From Planctomycetales bacterium (GTDB lineage Bacteria > 4484-113), in contig JBBIJQ010000017.1 in assembly GCA_037445915.1 (NCBI GenBank), positions 4,086-35,670 on the forward strand: a stretch of 31,585 nt of DNA. The letters run 5' to 3'. The first letter of the stretch is position 1. Each line of letters opens with the position of its first letter. The position numbers and the translations under genes were made by a program. This document shows, piece after piece, positions 26,746 through 31,585 of the stretch. Under the pieces are notes generated by a model that searched no databases, was not told the DNA's origin, and saw only the letters and a program-made list of their open reading frames with translations.

Positions 26746-27129
26746 GTGCGCATAATAGGCGTTGATATTCCGGATAACAAGCAGGGCAAGATTGCCCTGA
26801 CTTATATCTTCGGCATCGGACCGGTCACGGCCGTCAGGATACTGGAGCAGGCTGGCGTAGACCCAATTAAGAAGGCTGGCGAGTACACATCGGATGAGGT
26901 TGTTGCCATCCGCGATGCCATCCAGGTTCAGAACTTGCTTGTTGAAGGCGACCTGCGCAAAGAGGTTACGCTTAACATCAAGCGGCTCATTGAAATAAGG
27001 TCCTATCGTGGCATCCGCCACCGCCGCAGCCTGCCCGTGAACGGCCAGCGGACGCATACTAACGCGCGCACCCGCAAGGGGCCGCGTCGCCAGGCTATCG
27101 CCGGTAAGAAGAAGCCTGGGAAGAAGTAA
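26746..27129 (+). CDS. rpsM: 30S ribosomal protein S13
   Basis: [38 protein letters not shown]. Confidence 0.99.
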   Translation: MRIIGVDIPDNKQGKIALTYIFGIGPVTAVRILEQAGVDPIKKAGEYTSDEVVAIRDAIQVQNLLVEGDLRKEVTLNIKRLIEIRSYRGIRHRRSLPVNGQRTHTNARTRKGPRRQAIAGKKKPGKK

Positions 27130-27145
27130 TCTGAGGTGAACGTAC

Positions 27146-27538
27146 TTGGTGAAAGGCAAACCTAAGGCTCGTAAGAAGCGGATTAAGCGCAATGTCGTTG
27201 AAGGGCATATATACGTGAACAGCTCCTTCAACAACACACTAGTTACTGCTACCGACTTGGAAGGCAACACTATCGCATGGTCAAGCGCTGGCACGCGCGG
27301 TTTCAAAGGCTCTAAGAAGGGCACGGCCTACGCCGCCCAGCTTGCCGCCGAGGAAGTCTGCCGCCAAGCTCGCGATATGGGCATGCGCGAGGTGTCGGTG
27401 TATACCCGCGGTCCTGGTTCAGGAAAAGAGTCAGCCGTGAGAATTATCAACAACCAGGGGATGAAGATCCGCCTGATAAGGGATGTTACTGCTGTTCCGC
27501 ACAATGGCTGCCGCCCACGCAAGCGGCGCCGAGTCTAA
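27146..27538 (+). CDS. rpsK: 30S ribosomal protein S11
   Basis: [28 protein letters not shown] start. Confidence 0.99.
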   Translation: MVKGKPKARKKRIKRNVVEGHIYVNSSFNNTLVTATDLEGNTIAWSSAGTRGFKGSKKGTAYAAQLAAEEVCRQARDMGMREVSVYTRGPGSGKESAVRIINNQGMKIRLIRDVTAVPHNGCRPRKRRRV

Positions 27539-27562
27539 AGGGCGTTTTAAGAGAGATAACAT

Positions 27563-28195
27563 ATGGGATGTAACCATGGACCGAAATGCAAACGCTGCCG
27601 GGCTGCCGGGATAAAGCTCTACCTTAAGGGAGAGCGCTGCTTGGGCGACCGCTGTGCGGTTGATCTGCGCAACTTTGTTCCCGGGCCGCGCCGCCGCCGT
27701 GGAAAGGCGACCGACTACGGGACCCATCTTCGCGAGAAGCAGGTCATGCGCCGAATGTTCGGGATTGGCGAAAGCCAGTTCCGCAACTACTTCGTGCAGG
27801 CTAAGCGCACTACGGGTGTTACTGGCGAAGAGCTTATCCGCTTGCTTGAGCGCCGGCTGGATAATGTAGTCTATCGCGCCAAGTTTGCAGATTCCCGCAC
27901 CCAAGCTAGGCAGCTTGTGGTTCACCGCCACTTTTGGGTGAATGGCCGCGTAGTTGATCGCCCTTCTTTTTTAGTGCGCCCCGGCGATGTTGTTGAAGTC
28001 AAGCCGGAACGCAAGGCCCGGCCTTACTTCCGCCTTCTTAAAGAGCGCGGCTTGAGCGAGCTTCCCTCTGAGTACTGGCTCAGTTTGGACTCAGAGAAGC
28101 TGCGCGCCGAGATTACGCGGATGCCTAAAGCCGACGAAATGGAAGAGAACATCCAGCACCTGCTGGTCGTCGAATATTACTCAAATAGAGTGTAA
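27563..28195 (+). CDS. rpsD: 30S ribosomal protein S4 (zinc-binding type)
   Basis: CKRCR...LKGERC...C, LREKQ, LERRLDNVVYR, ARQLVVH, VVEYYS. Confidence 0.98.
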   Translation: MGCNHGPKCKRCRAAGIKLYLKGERCLGDRCAVDLRNFVPGPRRRRGKATDYGTHLREKQVMRRMFGIGESQFRNYFVQAKRTTGVTGEELIRLLERRLDNVVYRAKFADSRTQARQLVVHRHFWVNGRVVDRPSFLVRPGDVVEVKPERKARPYFRLLKERGLSELPSEYWLSLDSEKLRAEITRMPKADEMEENIQHLLVVEYYSNRV

Positions 28196-28216
28196 CGCTG
28201 GGGAGAGGTCGCCGAT

Positions 28217-29197
28217 ATGGTCGAAAGTAAGGTAACAAGAGAGGCTAACCCCTACTTCGGGCTCCTGAGAATGGAGCGGATCGAGGTAATTCCTGGCGTA
28301 AAAGCCCGGTTCGTGTTTGAGCCGCTTCCGCGCGGCTTTGGCAACACGCTGGGCAACAGCTTGCGCAGGGTTCTGCTTGCAGCGATACCGGGTTTCGCAA
28401 TCACACATGTGGAGATTGCAGGAGTGCCGCACGAGTTCGCGTCGCTTCAAGGAATCCTAGAAGACACAACAGAACTACTCTTCAACCTTCGCAAGGTCAA
28501 GGTTAAGCTGGTTGATGGCGCGACTTCCGCTACGCTGACGCTGAAGGTTAATACGGAGCGCCCAATTACGGCTGCTGATTTCAAGGCTAACCCTGAAGTC
28601 AGCATCATTTCCTCCGACTCCGCCTACATTTGCACTGTTACCGATGCGAAGCGGACGCTGGAGATTAAGGCGACTGTTTCGCGCGGAGTGGGCTTTGTTC
28701 TGGCGGCTGACCTCAAGCATAAGGACGCCCCCATCGGCGAGATCGCGTTAGATTCAAACTTTTCGCCGGTTGAACGTGTAGCGTTTACCGTGGAAAACAC
28801 GCGCGTCGGGAAGGAAACAGACTTTGAGCGCGTAGTAATAACTATTGAATGCAACGGCTCCAAGACACCAGACGAAGTGCTCGGCGAAGCCTCCTCGCAA
28901 CTTAATTCCTACTACCAGTGGATACGCGAAGAGCAGAATCGCTTCCTTGGCATTGAAGAGGAACCAGCGGTTGACGAGGAACTTAAGCGCAAGGTTGAGA
29001 TGCCGATTGAACAGCTTGGGCTTACCAGCCGCGCCTACAACTGCCTTACCGCATCGCGCATCCGCTCCGTAGGCGACCTTACGAAATACACTGCTGAGCG
29101 CTTGATGGGCATAAAGAACTTTGGCGAGAAATCGCTCGTTGAGATTGTGGACAAGCTTGCCGAGCTGGGGCTGTTCCTCGCGGAGAAGGAGGACTAA
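28217..29197 (+). CDS. rpoA: RNA polymerase subunit alpha
   Basis: EPLPRGFGNTLGNSLRRVLL, HEF, FSPV, RAYNCL, KNFGEKS. Confidence 0.99.
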   Translation: MVESKVTREANPYFGLLRMERIEVIPGVKARFVFEPLPRGFGNTLGNSLRRVLLAAIPGFAITHVEIAGVPHEFASLQGILEDTTELLFNLRKVKVKLVDGATSATLTLKVNTERPITAADFKANPEVSIISSDSAYICTVTDAKRTLEIKATVSRGVGFVLAADLKHKDAPIGEIALDSNFSPVERVAFTVENTRVGKETDFERVVITIECNGSKTPDEVLGEASSQLNSYYQWIREEQNRFLGIEEEPAVDEELKRKVEMPIEQLGLTSRAYNCLTASRIRSVGDLTKYTAERLMGIKNFGEKSLVEIVDKLAELGLFLAEKED

Positions 29198-29203
29198 AGG
29201 ACT

Positions 29204-29578
29204 ATGCGTCACCGCAAAGGAGTTGCCAAGCTTGGGCGGCCGACCGACCAGCGGTTGGCATTATTACGCGGACTGGTCTCATCGCTGTTTATTCACGGCC
29301 ACATTGAGACATCAATCACCCGCTGCAAGTCAGCCCAGAGCATGGCCGAAAAACTTATTACCAAAGCTAAGAGGGGCACACTGGCCGACATTCGCCAGGT
29401 AGCGCGCATCCTCTATGGCAAGCGCCCCTTCACGGCGCTGATGAATGTTGTTGTGCCTGCCGCCAAGGACCGCCCCAGCGGCTATACGAAGGTAGTGCGT
29501 GTTGAACGCCGCCGCGGCGATGGCTCAGTTATTGCGCGGCTCTCGGTTATCGGCTATCCGGACAATACTGCCGAGTAG
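29204..29578 (+). CDS. rplQ: 50S ribosomal protein L17
   Basis: MRHRKGVAKLGR, EKLITKAK, RPSGYT, RRGDG. Confidence 0.98.
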   Translation: MRHRKGVAKLGRPTDQRLALLRGLVSSLFIHGHIETSITRCKSAQSMAEKLITKAKRGTLADIRQVARILYGKRPFTALMNVVVPAAKDRPSGYTKVVRVERRRGDGSVIARLSVIGYPDNTAE

Positions 29579-29597
29579 TTGGTAACCTGATTGTACA

Positions 29598-30407
29598 TTG
29601 ACCGGAACCGGCATTAGCGTATTCCTGGCTGTCCAGTATGATGGGACGGATTTCTGCGGTTCGCAGATACAGCCGGGAGTGCGCACCGTCCAGGGAACAT
29701 TGACAGATGCGCTTGCTGAAGTCCTTAGAGAAAGGCCTAAGACGCTCTTTGCCTCACGAACAGATGCGGGAGTGCACGCCATTCGCAATATTGCGTCAGT
29801 GAAACTTGACCGGCTGCCCTTTGCGCCGGAGAAGCTTGCGGATGTGTTAAACGCGAAGCTGCCGAGGGATCTGGTGGTAACGGAAACGCGGGAAGCGCCG
29901 CGCGGGTTTCATCCCCGCTTTCTTGCCGACCGGCGAGATTACGCCTACCGTATATACCGAGGAGGGCGGCCGGATGTTCGATACGCGCGGTTCAGCGCGC
30001 GCTACGACAAAGAGCTTGATATTCCGGCGATGTCGCTGGCTGCGCGGCTGTTTCTTGGCGAGCACGACTTTTCGGAGTTTTGCATTCGCGGAGAGCTGCG
30101 CAACCCGCGCTGCAATGTGGTGCGGTGCGAGCTGCGCCAGTGCGGGAAGATGCTCACGGTATATGTGAGCGCTAACCGGTTCTTGCGGCGGATGGTCTGC
30201 TTTATGGTAGGGGCGATGGTTGATGTTGGAACAGGCCGGTTGAATTTGATGCAAATTGCGGAAGCGCTGAAGCCTGGAGTACACACAAACTATACGAACA
30301 TGCCCAGTCAGGGGCTGACGCTGGAAGGAGTGCACTATCCCGACGGCGCGCTATACGAGGACTTTGGCTATGCAGTATCTGATGATATCGGTGATAATGA
30401 TGAATAG
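29598..30407 (+). CDS. truA: tRNA pseudouridine(38-40) synthase
   Basis: YDGTDFCGSQIQP, ASRTDAGVHA, GEHDFSEF, FLRRMV, GLTL. Exact start uncertain. Confidence 0.95.
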   Translation: MTGTGISVFLAVQYDGTDFCGSQIQPGVRTVQGTLTDALAEVLRERPKTLFASRTDAGVHAIRNIASVKLDRLPFAPEKLADVLNAKLPRDLVVTETREAPRGFHPRFLADRRDYAYRIYRGGRPDVRYARFSARYDKELDIPAMSLAARLFLGEHDFSEFCIRGELRNPRCNVVRCELRQCGKMLTVYVSANRFLRRMVCFMVGAMVDVGTGRLNLMQIAEALKPGVHTNYTNMPSQGLTLEGVHYPDGALYEDFGYAVSDDIGDNDE

Positions 30408-30852
30408 AAAGACGCCGTATTTTACGAAACTGAATGCTGAACGCGAATGGTACCTTGTTGATGCAGAAGGTCAGGTGTTCGGCCGGCTGTGCGCGGGAGT
30501 GGCTAAGCTGCTTATCGGCAAGCATAAGCCGACCTTCACGCCAGGCCAGGACACCGGCGCATTCGTAGTAATAGTCAACGCCGAAAAGCTCCGCGTGACC
30601 GGCGGCAAAGAGAAGAAGAAGATATATTACTGGCACACGGGCTACATCAGCCACCTCAAGCAGCGCACATTTGCCGAGAAGTTCCAAAACTCGGTGCGCC
30701 AGAGCGTAATGGATGCCGTGCGCGGCATGCTTCCGCAAAACAAGCTAGGTGACAGGCTCATCACCAAACTAAAGGTCTATCCAGGCGCTGAGCATCCTCA
30801 TAAGGCTCAGCAGCCTGAACTAATCACACCTGAACAATTAAGCAAACTCTGA
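30397..30852 (+). CDS. rplM: 50S ribosomal protein L13
   Basis: WYLVDA, GKHKPTFTP, HTGY, AVRGMLP, HPHKAQQP; start ATG 30397 or 30400. Confidence 0.98.
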   Translation: MMNRKTPYFTKLNAEREWYLVDAEGQVFGRLCAGVAKLLIGKHKPTFTPGQDTGAFVVIVNAEKLRVTGGKEKKKIYYWHTGYISHLKQRTFAEKFQNSVRQSVMDAVRGMLPQNKLGDRLITKLKVYPGAEHPHKAQQPELITPEQLSKL

Positions 30853-30867
30853 GGTCTAATTATCGGT

Positions 30868-31263
30868 ATGTCTATTGAAAGGCAGCATATTTCGGTGGGG
30901 CGTAGGAAGTGCTCCGTGGCGCGGGTGATTTTGCTACCCGGCAATGGCAACTTCCTCATAAACGGCCGTCCGCTTTCGGACTTTTTCAAAACCGCTTATG
31001 GCCAGCTTAGGGTGCAGGAACCCCTGCGCGCACTAGGCGTTGAGGAGAAATTTGATGTCCGCGCAACCGTGCGCGGTGGTGGCGTGACAGGCCAGGCTGA
31101 TGCAGTCTGCCTGGGTATTGCGCGGTTCCTGGAGCATGTAAACGCGGATTACCGTCCTGCCCTAAAGAAGGAAGGTTTACTTTCTCGTGACCCACGCGCG
31201 AAAGAGCGCAAGAAGTACGGGCGTAAGCGTGCCCGCAAGCGCTTCCAGTTTAGCAAGCGCTAA
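30868..31263 (+). CDS. rpsI: 30S ribosomal protein S9
   Basis: GRRK..ARV, GGGVTGQA, RDPRAKERKKYG, QFSKR. Confidence 0.99.
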   Translation: MSIERQHISVGRRKCSVARVILLPGNGNFLINGRPLSDFFKTAYGQLRVQEPLRALGVEEKFDVRATVRGGGVTGQADAVCLGIARFLEHVNADYRPALKKEGLLSRDPRAKERKKYGRKRARKRFQFSKR

Positions 31264-31266
31264 ACC

Positions 31267-31585
31267 ATGCGAATCACTACACTTGAAAGCCGGATCTTGC
31301 TGTTGGGGCTGTTGAGCCTTGTAGTACTCCTATCAGCAGGTCCGGCTTTTGCTCAAAACACTCCGCCAAGAGGAGATTCACCCGCATTTGAAGAGGCTGA
31401 CGGGGCAGGGATGGACTGGGTGCGGGTTATATCCGACTCGGCGATGCTGCTTAAGTCGCCAAGTTACCGCAGCGAGCCAGTCCGCAAGCCTGAGCTATAC
31501 GGCGTCTTCCTCGTCGTGAACAGGGTAACGACCTTCTACCTAGTCCGAGACGAAGAAACGAAGTCATTCCTATTCATTGACCAAT
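31267..31585 (+). CDS. Secreted protein with possible SH3b-like domain, 3'-truncated by window edge
   Basis: Not in the ORF track. Manual translation MRITTLESRILLLGLLSLVVLLSAGPAFA-QNTPP...WVRVISDSAMLLKSPSYRSEPVRKPELYGVFLVVNRVTTFYLV..., open to the window end, with a Sec signal peptide. Confidence 0.7.
   Translation, partial: MRITTLESRILLLGLLSLVVLLSAGPAFAQNTPPRGDSPAFEEADGAGMDWVRVISDSAMLLKSPSYRSEPVRKPELYGVFLVVNRVTTFYLVRDEETKSFLFIDQ

Noticed and set aside
20791..28195. Reassignment of TGC/TGT codons to explain unusual cysteines
   Set aside because: The same codons encode the conserved zinc ligands of S14, L36 and S4; TGA also acts as a normal stop.
10835..31195. Many 60-200 aa antisense ORFs across the ribosomal operon
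   Set aside because: Mirror frames of conserved r-protein genes with no independent signals.

Overview
Bacterial chromosomal window of a diderm, probably anaerobic organism; the lineage cannot be named from sequence alone. The left ~10.7 kb holds housekeeping and accessory genes. On the minus strand are a partial class V PLP aminotransferase, cdsA and a trans-sulfuration (Cys/Met metabolism) PLP lyase. Divergently transcribed are two unusually long LptC-like and LptA/OstA-like beta-jellyroll proteins, a 61-aa membrane protein bracketed by REP-like palindromes, fixC-fixX without fixAB, an HTH-MNT/HEPN toxin-antitoxin pair and nadD. From 10781 to 31263 runs one contiguous ribosomal superoperon (str, S10, spc, adk-map-infA, alpha, truA, rplM-rpsI), followed by a partial secreted protein. 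The superoperon lacks tuf and rpmD at their usual positions, several r-proteins carry long low-complexity tails, and some normally conserved loops near the peptidyl transferase centre (PTC) deviate. I found no rRNA, tRNA, CRISPR array or transposase. No clearly new multi-gene system is evident. The best leads are the elongated Lpt-like pair, the REP-bracketed small gene, recurring extended -10 promoters with little or no leader, and two structured leaders.
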